A DNA stretch of 64,000 bases, taken from the NCBI GenBank assembly GCA_964016885.1, contig CAXHJY010000689.1:104146-168145 (forward strand). The letters run 5' to 3'. The notes under the pieces are model-generated. The model ran no database searches. It worked only from the letters and a program-made list of their open reading frames with translations, and was not told where the DNA came from. The translations under genes and the position numbers were made by a program. Source of the DNA: Eledone cirrhosa. Lineage: Eukaryota. This document shows, in pieces, positions 28,440 to 44,402 of this stretch. Each line of letters begins with the position of its first letter. The stretch's first letter is position 1.

Positions 28440-28772
28440 CAGTCCCTTTACGGTCTGAGTTCAAATCCCGTCGAGGTTAACTTTGCTTTTCATTCGTACG
28501 GGGTCCATAAAATAAAGTACTAGTAATGTACTGGGTAATTGCTGGCCTTGTGCCAAAAGTAGAATCAATTATATCTATGGCGGTGGGTTGGCAGTATCAG
28601 TAGAGGCTCGGACGTCTTGCTTTGCAGCACAGAGTTACGCCCCTTTATCATCTGAGTTCAAATCCCGCCGAGGTGAGCTTTGCCTTTCATCCATATGTTG
28701 TCGATAAAATAAAGTACCAGTAATGTACTGGGGTAATTGGTGGCCTTATGCCAAAAGTAGAAACAATTATTT
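28440..28772 (+). mobile_element. Tandem pair of Nin-domain SINEs (partial + full)
   Basis: Two copies of CTGAGTTCAAATCCCG..GAGG..ACTTTGC..TAAAATAAAGTAC..GGCCTTGTGCCAAAAGTAGAA. Confidence 0.85.
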
Positions 28773-28829
28773 ACATGTCTACATATTAAATATGTGTATA
28801 TATTTTTACACGTTGGTGCAGTCTCTGTT

Positions 28830-29404
<575 letters not shown>

Positions 29405-29572
29405 AAGAATTAATATCTAGTAACATATAGATACATACAGATGCATATCAATGCTAGCAAATATATAGGTTTTGTCTTAGTAACTTTGTGGTTCAATGCA
29501 TGGGGTTGCAGAACAATAATATGAGACGTAAAATAAGAAAATTATAAAATTAACTTACTTACTAAAATATCA

Positions 29573-29654
29573 CTTCCAACTAATTAGTTTCTGGAATGGA
29601 ATAAATATATTTTTTCCGAAGAAAACAAAGAGAATCATTCCGTCGTCAGGGAAG
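29573..29654 (-). ncRNA. Type I minimal hammerhead ribozyme
   Basis: CTTCC-CTGACGA-C-GGAATG..CATTCC-A-GAAA-CTAATTA-GTT-GGAAG: stem I CTTCC/GGAAG, stem II GGAATG/CATTCC, palindromic stem III CTAATTAG. Confidence 0.75.
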
Positions 29655-30094
29655 ACTATTCTCATCTAAGTATCCAGGCAAAGCGTGGACTCTGGAAACT
29701 TATTAAAAAATAATTCAGTGGATAGAAAATAGCAAAGCGTGGACTGAATTCCTAGCCATTGAGAAAATCACTGGCTCTGCGTCGGTGGCAAATTCAAAAA
29801 GAATCAATCACGTGACATCGAGGTCAATCAGTGGAAAGTGGTTTGCTAATAAGACAGCGGCCTGCCTGCTACCATAGCAGCGGTCATGGCCAATATTGCT
29901 CGACAAATAATTTGGAGATAATTATAAAGAATTATATCTAGTAACATATATATACATACAGATGCATATCAATGCTAGCAAATATATAGGTTTTGTCTTA
30001 GTAACTTTGTGGTTCAATGCATGGGGTTGCAGAACAATAATATGAGAGACGTAAAATAAGAAATTATAAAATTAACTTACTTACTAAAATATCA

Positions 30095-30174
30095 CTTCCA
30101 ACTAATTAGTTTCTGGAATGGAATAAATATATTTTCCGAAGAAAACATCGAGAATCATTCCGTCCTCAGGGAAG
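30095..30174 (-). ncRNA. Type I minimal hammerhead ribozyme (second copy)
   Basis: Same stems as the 29573 copy; core CTGAGGA. Confidence 0.7.
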
Positions 30175-30407
30175 ACTATTCTCATCTAAGTATCCAGGCA
30201 AAGCGTGGACTCTGGAAACTTATTAAAAAATAATTCAGTGGATAGAAAATGTGATTGATTCTTTTTGAATTTGCCACCGACGCAGAGGCAGGGATTTTCT
30301 CAATGGCTAGGAATTCAGTCCACGCTTTGCTATTTTCTATCCACTGAATTATTTTTTAATAAGTTTCCAGAGTCCACGCTTTGCCTGGATACTTAGATGA
30401 GAATAGT

Positions 30408-30486
30408 CTTCCCTGACGACGGAATGATTCTCTGTGTTTTCTTCGAAAATATATTTATTCCATTCCAGAAACTAATTAGTTCGAAG
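30408..30486 (+). ncRNA. Type I minimal hammerhead ribozyme (inverted copy)
   Basis: CTGACGA at 30413-30419, GAAAC at ~30468, GTT at 30479-30481. The first stem I pair is mutated (CGAAG). Confidence 0.6.
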
Positions 30487-30539
30487 TGATATTTTAGTAA
30501 GTAAGTTAATTTTAAAATTTTCTTATTTTACGTCTCTCA

Positions 30540-32596
<2,057 letters not shown>

Positions 32597-32671
32597 ACTT
32601 TGAAATGTTTTGGCCAGTATTGGCCCAGGCCATGTCTAACTTAATAGCACCACCTGGCGAAGTCTTTCAAT

Positions 32672-35600
32672 TCAGGATTTGGGCACCATGGCCCATTCGA
32701 GAAGAGAATTACTGTTTGCGGAGACATATCCGGGTGTGGGTGGTTTGTCCGGGATTACTTGGAGGAATTTGTCCAAAGACTTTTTGAATTTTGTGTGGTC
32801 AGTTTCTGTTTTGACGTGTCCTGGTGTGATGTTGAAGAGAGCAGGGCCGATTGAGGTGAAATAATTGTGCCGTATTGTTGTTATGAGTTGCGATTTAGAT
32901 TTTTGTATGGGACGGATAGCACGGGGCCCAAGCCTTGGGTGTATCTTGAAGGCGATGCCAACATCATTTGGGCAGTGATGATGGAACATTTTCCACATCA
33001 TGCAGATAATATAACGCTCACGGCGACGTTGGAGTGAGTAAAGTTTCAGCTTTTCTAGTCGACCCCAGTAGTCAAGGTCTGACATGCCATCTATCTTTTT
33101 CGTGATTGCCCTTTGAGGAGCTTCAAGTTTCATGATACTTTGTTTCGTGTGGGGAGACCACAGTGGACAACAGTATTCAAGGTGTGGTCGGGCAAAAGTA
33201 GAGAAGAGAAGGATAATGGTGTGGGAATCTCTCGACTGGAAGGTTCTGAGGATCCAGGAACACATTCTGCGGGCCATGTCAACTTTGCTGCTTATATGCG
33301 TGGCCCAGCTTATGTTGCTGTCCACGGTTACTCCCAAGTCTCTGATGTTGTTAGATGCCACTAGAGTTTCCCCGGAGGGAAGGGGGTACGGGAGTTTCTG
33401 AGCATCCTCTTTTCCAAAGTGGATCAGTTCGAATTTGTCTTCGTTCAGTAACATGTTGTTCTTTTCCGCCCATTGGGTAACAGCCAGTAGGTCTGACTGA
33501 AGGCTTATCCGGTCATCCACACCATTGATGACCTTTTGGAGCTTGGAATCATCAGCGAAAATTTTAATGTTGCTGTGTTTGATGATGTCAGTGATGTCAT
33601 TAATATAGATGATGAAGAGAAGTGGGCCCAACACAGTGCCTTGTGGGACCCCACTACTGACTTTGGCTGGGCTGGATTTGACTCCTTCAACTACAACATG
33701 TTGGGTTCTGTTTGACAGGAAGCTCTTGATCCACTGCAGCAGCTTTCCAGTGACACCAATATTGGACAGCTTTCTCAGTAGAATGTTATGATCAACCCTG
33801 TCAAAGGCCTTGCTAAAATCAAGGTAGATAACATCAGTGTTGGAACCCTCTCCCAAGGCTCTCAAAATGTCATCAAAGTGATGAAGTAGCTGCGTCAGGC
33901 AATCCCTTCCATTACGGAATCCATGCTGGTTGGAGTTCAGCATATTGTTACTCTCAAGGAAGTGGGTCATTCGCGATCTCACCACTCTCTCAAATACCTT
34001 AATGATATGAGAGGTGAGTGAGATTGGACGGTAATTCACGGCAAGGGATTTGTTTCCTTTTTTGAAAACTGGGACAACAGACTGGGATAGAAGGTTTTCT
34101 GGCACATATCCAGCATCCAGTGAGTTCCGCCACAGATTGGCAAGAGGAGATGCAAGTTGGTGTTGACACGCCTTCAAGACACAAGCAGAGAACATATCGG
34201 GACCTACTGCTGAATTATGCTTGATTTCCTTTATTGGCGCTAAGACATCAGGGGCGCCAAACGTTATGTCCGATAAGGTGTAATGGGGAGTAACATCGCC
34301 GATACAGCCCAGATCGGCCATATCAGGATTGCTGAAAACAGAGCAGTATTGTTTCTGCAGTATCTCATCCATGGTTTTAGCATTGTCTTGAAGAGTGCCA
34401 TTTTCATCAATTAGAGGACCAACAGTAGAGCCAGTGATTTTGTGTTTTTTTGCAAATGAAAAGAACACTTTGGGATTGAGTTTGATCTTCTCAATGGCCC
34501 AGGCCTCTTCAGCTCTTCTCTGATTGTTGATGAGGGACATTATGTTGTTTTGGAGGTTATGTTTTTTAATCTCTAGTGATGAAATGGCAGTCAAGTTGAT
34601 GTGTTGCTGCTGACGGTATTTCAGCTTGTTGATTTTTTTGTTCGTTCTCTTAATTTTTCTGATGAGCGTTTTTCTATTTCTAGGGATTCTGCTCTTAGAT
34701 TTGTTTATAGTTCTTAATGGGATGTGTTTTGCACATATGTTTGTAACAGTGTCCACAAATGTCTGCCAGGACTTTTTGATGTTAGTGGGTGTATGAGTGT
34801 GCGTGAAGGACCAGTCGACATGTGCAAGATCATGACTGATCGCTTCCCAGTTTGCATTGTGGAAATCCATAGCGTCAAACGGATGGACAGGAGAGATGAC
34901 ATTGGGTTTGTATATTGGACGGTGGAATCTCAGATCACAGAGAACCATGTCGTGATCAGAGAGTAGAGTTTTCTCCACTGCAATATTGTGGATATTGTCA
35001 GTGTGATTGCTGAAAATTAAGTCTAGGACGTTTTTGTGGCACCTCGTTGGTTCGAGCAGCAGTTGGGATAGGAAGAAATCATCCATGAAGTCAAGAAGCG
35101 ATTCCATTGCTTCCCTGTCAGAGGTTGAGGCAGAAGAACCTGGTGGCAGGCTGTTTGTGGACCAGTCAACTCCGGGGAGGTTGAAGTCCCCCATCATTAA
35201 GATGTTATCAGGGTGACACTCTTGGATGAAACACTTTATGCTGTTGAGGCATTCCTTGAAGCATGGTACAGGCGTTTGGGGTGGCCTATAGAGCCCAACT
35301 ACTATTAGGTTGTTGGTTTGATTGAATACAGTGACTGCTTCGCAGTATCCATTAGTGAATATGTTCATAGCCTCTGTTGAGAAAGAATTATGGACATAAA
35401 TGGCAGTCCCGCCCTTTCTTCTGCCAGCGCGATCAGCACGGATGGCTTTGAAATTTTTCACTTTCACCTCGGCTTCCAAGTGGAGGTTACTGAGATGGGT
35501 TTCAGTGAGGACGAAGAAAGGGATGTGGTTTGGATGGACATCAATCCAGTCCTCCAGGAATTTGATCTTCCATTTTTGAGAATTGGTGGAAGGGCTGATG

Positions 35601-35692
35601 CCTTGGGCGTTAAGCAAAAATGTAGAGGCGAGAGTGGATGGTTTTAATTGTTTTGGTGTGTTGTTAATTTGTTTGTTTGTTAATGGCAGCAA
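32672..35692 (-). CDS. LINE ORF2: APE endonuclease + reverse transcriptase (CR1-like)
   Basis: APE motifs LNAQG, LTETHL, GLYRPP, MGDFN, LDLIF, SDH. RT motifs [43 protein letters not shown]. No stop over 1006 aa. The start is uncertain (TTG in the track; the frame is open from 35809). Confidence 0.93.
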   Translation of the reverse strand: MLPLTNKQINNTPKQLKPSTLASTFLLNAQGISPSTNSQKWKIKFLEDWIDVHPNHIPFFVLTETHLSNLHLEAEVKVKNFKAIRADRAGRRKGGTAIYVHNSFSTEAMNIFTNGYCEAVTVFNQTNNLIVVGLYRPPQTPVPCFKECLNSIKCFIQECHPDNILMMGDFNLPGVDWSTNSLPPGSSASTSDREAMESLLDFMDDFFLSQLLLEPTRCHKNVLDLIFSNHTDNIHNIAVEKTLLSDHDMVLCDLRFHRPIYKPNVISPVHPFDAMDFHNANWEAISHDLAHVDWSFTHTHTPTNIKKSWQTFVDTVTNICAKHIPLRTINKSKSRIPRNRKTLIRKIKRTNKKINKLKYRQQQHINLTAISSLEIKKHNLQNNIMSLINNQRRAEEAWAIEKIKLNPKVFFSFAKKHKITGSTVGPLIDENGTLQDNAKTMDEILQKQYCSVFSNPDMADLGCIGDVTPHYTLSDITFGAPDVLAPIKEIKHNSAVGPDMFSACVLKACQHQLASPLANLWRNSLDAGYVPENLLSQSVVPVFKKGNKSLAVNYRPISLTSHIIKVFERVVRSRMTHFLESNNMLNSNQHGFRNGRDCLTQLLHHFDDILRALGEGSNTDVIYLDFSKAFDRVDHNILLRKLSNIGVTGKLLQWIKSFLSNRTQHVVVEGVKSSPAKVSSGVPQGTVLGPLLFIIYINDITDIIKHSNIKIFADDSKLQKVINGVDDRISLQSDLLAVTQWAEKNNMLLNEDKFELIHFGKEDAQKLPYPLPSGETLVASNNIRDLGVTVDSNISWATHISSKVDMARRMCSWILRTFQSRDSHTIILLFSTFARPHLEYCCPLWSPHTKQSIMKLEAPQRAITKKIDGMSDLDYWGRLEKLKLYSLQRRRERYIICMMWKMFHHHCPNDVGIAFKIHPRLGPRAIRPIQKSKSQLITTIRHNYFTSIGPALFNITPGHVKTETDHTKFKKSLDKFLQVIPDKPPTPGYVSANSNSLLEWAMVPKS

Positions 35693-36292
35693 TGGGAGTT
35701 TGTGCAGTGGGGTGATAGTGGAGGGTGGTGCTGGGTGATAGCTCGAATGTTTTTTTCCAGTTCTTTTGCCAGATTCATTATGGCTAAAAAAGAGGAAGAA
35801 GTTTCCTGTTTAGAAGACTGTTGGTGACTGTGGTAGTGGTTATTTTTATGTAGGTTATGGTTTTTGTTTTTGCTTTTATTTTTAATTTTATTTTCATTTG
35901 TCCGACGGGTCCCCGGGAGATGGGTAAAGGGACAATCCCGGTCTAAACACAATCTGTCTCGCAGGGAAAAGCGGCAGATTTGTGGATTCCTTGTTTGAGT
36001 TATTGGTGGTTGTGTTGGTGTTAAATTAGAGTATGTATTATGGTGGTGGCTGTTTGTGGGGATAGATCGTTTTGTCCTAGGTAAATGGGTGAATTTGCAG
36101 CCACTATCAGTACATATTCTATAGCGTAGAGAGTAGCGGCAAATGATGGGGTTTCGAGTGGGTGTGTGTGTTGTGAGAGGTGTAGATGATGGTTTGAGTA
36201 GGATTTGACGACCTTTGTGGACTGTGGAAGGGAGAGTTCTTGTTCTGGTATTAGAAAGTAAATTCCTTGAGATAGCAGTAGCCAAAGATGTT

Positions 36293-36329
<37 letters not shown>

Positions 36330-36405
36330 GCAGAGAAGAAGATGTTGGCAGTGGTGATGATTGGACTGCTGGGCCAGAGAAAGGATGTGGCGTTTCCTGC
36401 TGTGA
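35680..36405 (-). CDS. LINE ORF1 remnant with two CCCH zinc fingers (5'-truncated)
   Basis: [19 protein letters not shown] and [19 protein letters not shown] both fit C-x8-C-x4-C-x3-H. Directly upstream of ORF2 and inside the TSDs. The N-terminal part in the track is (TA)n artefact. Confidence 0.75.
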
Positions 36406-36409
36406 TGTA

Positions 36410-36880
36410 TATATATACAATCTATATGTATATATACAATATATATGTATATATATATATATATATATATGTACATATACAATATATATGTATATATACA
36501 ATATATATGTATATATATATATATATATGTATATATACAATATATATGTATATATACAATATATATGTATATATACAATATATATGTATATATATATATA
36601 TATGTATATATACAATATATATGTATATATACAATATATATGTATATATATATATATATGTATATTGGAAAATGTGTGTAATCCTTGGTACAGTTAGGTA
36701 TATTAAGATAGGGGGAAGAAAAAATGGCTTCACTTGTGCTTTCAACAAATTTATTTTCTTCACAAAATCCCAAAAGAATTTTTCTTAAAAAAAATTATTT
36801 TATAAATTAAGTTGTTGGTTATACAATATATATGTATATATACAATATATATGTATATATATATATATACAATATATATG

Positions 36881-36918
<38 letters not shown>

Positions 36919-36990
36919 TGTATATATACAATATATATGTATATATATATATGTATATATACAATATATATGTATATATATATATGTATG

Positions 36991-37022
<32 letters not shown>

Positions 37023-37028
37023 TATATG

Positions 37029-37087
<59 letters not shown>
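36410..37087. repeat. (TA)n-derived array with TATATACAATATATATG units, interrupted by a ~155-bp unique insert
   Basis: Directly visible; insert at ~36665-36820. Confidence 0.9.
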
Positions 37088-37089
<2 letters not shown>

Positions 37090-37364
37090 TATTACATTTA
37101 AACCTTACTTTCTGCCTCTCAGGCCCTTCTCTCTTTCTCTATCCCTCTCTTCCCCCTCCCTTTCTTTCTTAATCAACCAACCGATGTATGACCCAACCAA
37201 GCAAATGGATTGTTTTTTTACACGGAAATCATTAAATAAATTTCAAAATTTATATTAATTATAATTTCTGTTGAATACATTTCTTCATAATTACTACGTT
37301 TTTTTTGTTTTTTTTAGTTATGTTTTTGTTACTTCAAAATGTCTAAAGAACCTTATGAATATTT

Positions 37365-37438
37365 CTAATGAACTCTTCTTTTCTTTCTCTTTTTAGGTAA
37401 GTTAAACTAAATATTTGCATATAACCTTGGGGGTAAGT
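37365..37438 (+). promoter_or_regulatory. Candidate recursive splice site (ratchet point) with a 36-nt cryptic RS-exon
   Basis: CTAAT branch point at 37365-37369, unbroken pyrimidine tract, TTTTAG|GTAAGT at 37391-37402, second donor GG|GTAAGT at 37433-37438. Confidence 0.55.
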
Positions 37439-37729
37439 TGTATCTTTTTCATGCAATTATTTCCATTTATATTTATATAAAAAATAAAAACATTGGCAGT
37501 ATTATTATCGTAATTTTCTTACATCATATATACTTTGCTGTATTACTCTCCATCATTCTCTCTCTCTCTCTCTCTCCACCTCCTTGTCTCTTTACATTAT
37601 CTCTCTGCCTGTTTATATGTGCTACGTGTTGTAAAGTAGAACTAAGTTCACGACACATTGACCGATATCACTAATTACTGCTCACGAATTGTGGTTATTT
37701 AATTTCCCTTGCATTATTAATGATTGGAT

Positions 37730-38020
37730 TAGGGTGGTGTATTGGCAGTATCGGTAGGGTATCGGATAATATACATTGTGCTATATTTATTTACGATTTT
37801 CTACGTTCTAAATTCAAATAACGTCGAGGTGAATTTTACTTTTTATCTTTCCCGGGTCGATAAAATAAAGTACAAGTTTAATATTGTGGTTGATATAATC
37901 GAATTTCTCCATCCCCAAATTCCTGTCTTGTAACAATGTTAGAAAGAATTATTAATGATTGCATCGGATTTCAAACCCTGCTGAGGCCCACTTTCACTTT
38001 CATACTTCCGGGGTCCATAG
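37730..38020 (+). mobile_element. Nin-domain SINE plus adjacent fragment
   Basis: TTGGCAGTATCGGTAG..TTCAAAT..CGAGGTGAATTTTAC..GGGTCGATAAAATAAAGTAC. Confidence 0.7.
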
Positions 38021-39181
38021 CATTTATACTGAGGATGCACCGATAAGCAAGTTGCTTTATCGATCAATACTGATTAATAGGTCACCGATTATCTACAATG
38101 TAATTATGGATAGTGCTAGGAAAATGCGTATTATAATAATTAATTTTAAGTAATATATTATAGTAGTATATAATATTAAGTAATATATAATAGTTAATCA
38201 CAATTATGACACTACTATGCAAGAGCGCACTATGACAATATTAGGGTACTTTTTAACGTAAGGGCTAATATATAGGAGCCTGCAATGGTTGTGTGTGCTC
38301 TGAAGATGGAGAAATGTTGATGTCTTACATTATAATTTACGAGTTGTTAGTTTAAACTATTTAATTTGTTTTTTTAAGTAAGATAATATGAATCATTTAT
38401 ACTGGGTCCGCCCTGTAGGGTGGATCTCCCAATGTGTGAGTAGGTACTTCCTAAATTGATTATCTTCCTAAATTGATTATCTGGCCGCAATTACCTCAGA
38501 CACGCCTAATCAAACTGGAAAATTTATTGGCCTTGAATAACAATAAAAAACGCCAAAATATCAAATAGTAAGTCCTGGAAAAACTTAAAGCCTACATTAG
38601 CGGAATCAAGGGATGCAGCTTTTGCAGCAATTCTTCAAGTAAAGAAATGGTCCAATAAATATCTTAATTCCAAGAACAAGATATTTACATTTCGTCTTCA
38701 CTTTAGGAAGTTCCCTTCTAAATCATGTAAAAACCATCCTCTTGACCACAAGACACCTCAGCAAACCATTCACCTGGGAGTGACATATCGTTTCAAATAC
38801 TTTTAGCTTTATACACGATCATCAAATATATACGTTTCGGTAGTCAACTATTCACACCTGACCTCTATACAGGTGCTTTGTCCTACAGGAATACCAACTC
38901 ACCAATGGAGAACAGAAAAGTGGGTTTCCTCTTCTTTCGTAGATAAATACTGTACATTTTCACGATTTCAGATCGAATATCGATCAACCATATTATGAAG
39001 ATATTTAGATCTGAGGAAATGCAACTATAGCCTCCATGTACGTTTACTTCACTAATGTCTACTATCTTCCTGCCACTAGTAGGTAACCTAAACAAATATA
39101 TAATATCGTTATAAAGTAACTATATAACACTTCAAAGGATACAGAGCGCTTTTACAAGTTGTTGCATTTGTATATGCACAG

Positions 39182-40114
<933 letters not shown>

Positions 40115-40233
40115 AGTGGGTGTGGGAGAATGAGACATGAAAGCATTGGTAATATATTTATATATAATAAACATACATAAATATAAATCTCGCTATATTT
40201 TAAGTAACTAATATCTCTCTCAGGTCTCTATAT

Positions 40234-40338
<105 letters not shown>

Positions 40339-40346
40339 TACATACA

Positions 40347-40378
<32 letters not shown>

Positions 40379-40689
40379 CAGGGCGGGGGGTGTATAATAT
40401 GATAGCATATTTCATTTCATACATACACTATTAAAGACACATTTTGTTTTAGAAACCTTAACTCCCAATTCTGTATTTTCTCATAGATTTTACCGCTTGT
40501 TTTTTTTTTGTTTTTTATTGTGTCTTTTTGAAACTTTCTCTTTTTTTTTCGTTTCTTTTTCTTATTACCTTTGGGTCCATACTAATAAAAACTTTACCAG
40601 GTACATTCTAAAAATATTTCAAAGAGTCCATGCGCACTTAATCTCAAAACGTCCAATCACAAAAAAGCATATATAGTATTTATAATATA

Positions 40690-40938
<249 letters not shown>

Positions 40939-41064
40939 AAACAAAGAATCAATATTGCATCATATACATGTTTAATTACATATGTTGCATTGCCGATCAG
41001 CTCGAGAAACGATCGAATTATGTTCGTTCCGTACTGTGGAATCGGAAGCTCCTCAGATATATGT

Positions 41065-41125
<61 letters not shown>

Positions 41126-41626
41126 CTACCAACACATAATATTATAAACTTAAATCAAATTGGTTAGAACTACAAGTGAAGTCATTCTTTTCCTTTCTTC
41201 AAATATATATATTTATATATATACACATATCGCAATCCTGGAGATGAGATAGGTTCCGCTATGTTTAAAATGCTCTAGACACGTTGTAAATCAAGATGGT
41301 GCCTTTACGACTCCACCGGGAGTTACGTATGCAATGCCAACAGTGACTATCCTGCTTTATATTATTTCTTGACTTGCTTACCATTGAAATATTGCAATCA
41401 CTACTTGCACTACATGTAAAATGGGGTTAACGATAAAGTTTTAATGTTATGTTTCCATATGTTGGGTTGTAGGCTGTTTTATGATAATTGTATTTTCTCA
41501 GTGGATTAAAAAATATTTAAAATCTTCTTTGTCCCCTCAGCCATGTAACAGGCTGTGTGATGTTATCGCAGCCACGTATCATATATTTATCTTGTTATTT
41601 CAGCCACAGACACGCTCGCAGATACG

Positions 41627-41667
<41 letters not shown>

Positions 41668-41757
41668 ACATCCATATATATATATATATATATATAGTAT
41701 GTAGGTTCCCGATGTAAATCGGGAGGCGACCAATGTTAAAATAAGGTACTCAATATG

Positions 41758-43025
41758 TTACTGAAGTATAGCTATATTCTTCATAGCATAGAATTGGTCC
41801 TTGGCAACTTTCAGGTGTTCTCTGGCTGCACACACTTTTGGGTCTGCAGAGCTGACGTGCTTCTTTTTGTTCTTTTTCCTCGGCACCAGGGTTTCACTTG
41901 CTTCCGCCACTGCATTGGTGAAGTGCCCGTACCTCCTCTTCACACTCTCCTCAGTTCATCCAATCTCTCTCTCTCCTCTGTCTCTCCACACAGAGCACTG
42001 AACCTGTTCCTCACTTCCACTATGAACCTCTCCTGTAGCTTATCATCTTCCTTGAAAGCTCCCCAGTCATAGATTGTTCTCCGGGGCTGAGCCTTGCTCT
42101 TTCTTAAGCTCACCCGGACCTCACTCATAACAAGCCGGTGGTCACTACCCAGTGTACTGAAATAGTTGTATGGTTCTGTGTTCAGAACACTATTCCGCCA
42201 CTTCTTCCTCACCAGAATGAAATCAATCTGGGACTTGGACAGGTGCATATCTGAGATGTAGGTCCACATCTTCCCCGGATTCTTCATAAACCTTAGGTCG
42301 GTCGCTATCAAGTTCACCTCCAGCAGGGTGTCTCTCAGTAGTATTCCATTTCGGTTGTTGCTGTTATGGAAGTACCAGCAAGGATCTTCACTGCCCTCCT
42401 TACTCAGATGTGCATTGAGGTCCCCCAAAACAAGCAGGTTCTTGTGTGCTTGTGTGGTGTTGACAGCTCTACACACCTCCTCATGGAACTCTTCCATACT
42501 CACATCACTGTCTCCCTCGGTTGGATTATAGACTGTAAGTCTTGGGTTTCCATTGAAGGTCACCCGCAACACTCGCGGGGAGACAGGCATTATTTCCCTC
42601 ACCAATAGACTGGTTTTGGGGCTGAAAACAAAACCCACTCCTCCCACTGCAGCATTGGTCATGTTCCTCACTGCCGATGTGGTGATGAGCTGGCTCCTCT
42701 TCCCAATCATCATACTCCTCACGGGCTCATCATGTAGGACCCTGTGTTCTTGGATCGCAAGTATCTGTATACCACTCTCCTCGAACAGATGTCCCAACTC
42801 CTCTCTCTTCTCCAGCGTCCGAATAGTCCTCACATTCAAAGTGCCCATTTTGATGGCTCTTCTGCAGGACAAAACTGCATTCTTTATATTTGTCTCAGAG
42901 ACAGCTGATCCATCATCCACTGGCCCTCCCTCTGGCTCTAAGCCAGCAGAGTCATAACGACCAGACTGCTCCTTTACAGTGTAATTAGGGCCTCTAACCC
43001 TAGTGCTGTTAGATCGACTCTCCAT
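41758..43025 (-). pseudogene. RTE ORF N-terminal half: APE endonuclease (frameshifted near 41943)
   Basis: GTLNVRT, IQEHR, GGVGF, YNPT, LGDLNAH, QIDFILV, SDHRLV. ATG at 43025. Continues in another frame at 41758-41943. Confidence 0.85.
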
Positions 43026-43936
43026 ATTTCTTTTCAATGGCTGACAATATCTTACCGGCGCCACTCGAATAAGTTAGTTATTTAACACCAGGACTCTGGC
43101 TTTACTGTAGCACCGGTTCAGAGCAGGAGAGTTAAGGCGAAAAAGATATCAGATGCTGAATTTGCCGACGACGTAGTTTTGGTGACAAATACAGTGAAGG
43201 AGGCAGAGGATTTTTTATGCAGGAGGTTGAGACTGTGTCGGTGAGTGTGGGGCTGAGAATGAATGAGACTAAAACAAAATATCTGGTAGAGAATGTTGAG
43301 AAGCCAGAGGAGATCACTAATGTAGGCGGGAAGCCGCTAGAATTGGTTGAGGACTTCCTATATTTGGGAGCAAAGATTGGGAATACGGAAGATGATGTGG
43401 TTGAGAGGAAGAGTAAAGCCTGGGTGGCGTGCCACAGCTTGAGATCGGTGTGGAAGTCGGACCTTCGTAAAGACCTGAAAATCCGCCTCTTCATTGCTGT
43501 AGTGGAGTCTGTGCTGCTGTACGGGTCTGAGACTTGGACACTGACCAAGAAACTCACTCAGATGGTGATGGGTGCTACACGAGAATGCTGAGGATCGCTC
43601 TGAACATTAATCAGTATACACTGAGGATGAAAAACTCAGAGTTGTATGGGAGCCTCCCAAAAGTCATCTCAAAAGTGACACAGAGGAGACTGAGGTTAGC
43701 TGGACATGCTCATCGACATCCAGAGTTGACATTGCACTCAGTGCCCCCGTGGGAGCCCCTACATGGGCACACTGGAAGAAGAAGACCAAGGTTAACGTAT
43801 GTTGATGCCCTAAGGACAGACACTGGTCTGTTGGAGACGCAGGACATGGCAGCGATAATGAGGGACAGAGACCGCTGGAGAGAACTCATCCGTGGATCTC
43901 GGGAATTTTACCCTCCCTAGAATAGAAAAAAAAAAA
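41765..43936. mobile_element. RTE-clade LINE with inverted 5' half (twin-priming-like)
   Basis: APE half on the minus strand (43089 to ~41765) abuts the RT C-terminal half on the plus strand (~43090-43920), which ends in an A tail. Confidence 0.85.
43090..43920 (+). pseudogene. RTE ORF C-terminal half: end of RT and thumb (two frameshifts)
   Basis: GFTVAPVQSRRVKAKKISDAEFADD, GLRMNETKTK, FLYLG, VESVLLYGSETW, RLRLAGH, DRDRWR. Confidence 0.85.
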
Positions 43937-43959
43937 TATATATATATATATATCCACAT

Positions 43960-44402
43960 TATTCGACATACCGTAATAAACATCAACTTCATTTGAAGAG
44001 GTTCACTCTATTTTGTCCCATGCATTTCTTCTTTTTCTTCTTTTTCTTCCTTTTCTTCGTTTTGTCTTTCTTTCTTTCTTATTTCCCTCTTTTCTCTCTC
44101 TCTTTCTTTCTCTCTGTGTTTTCACTGCTAGAGTGAACCTCTTCAAATGAAGTTGATGTTTATTACGGTATGTCGAATATATTTATCTATAAAACTGTTT
44201 ATATTGTATTTTGTCTGATGAAGGCATAGCATATTGTTAATATGATATCCCCGAAATATATATAATGAAATAAATATGGTTTTATAAATATAGTTTTCCA
44301 TTTATTTAATATTGTAAATATACTCCAAGTATTTGTCGAGTGCTTTTATATCAGTTATAAATATTTACTAGTTGTAACCCAACAATTTTAAATATAACTT
44401 TA
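43960..44402 (+). mobile_element. Penelope-like remnant: 51-bp inverted repeats, hammerhead-like core and tail
   Basis: Arms 43960-44010 and 44129-44179. CTGATGA at 44215-44221, stem II, GAAA at 44253-44256, AATAAA, tail GTCGAGTGCT at 44335. Bounded by (TA)n. Confidence 0.7.

Larger units (their letters stand above)
32597..36409 (-). mobile_element. CR1-like non-LTR retrotransposon, 5'-truncated, with TSD
   Basis: ORF1 remnant, intact ORF2 and a 75-nt 3'UTR. Flanked by TATATATACAATCTATATGTA at 32576-32596 and 36410-36430; the CAATCT variant occurs at these two junctions while neighbouring units read CAATAT. Confidence 0.9.
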
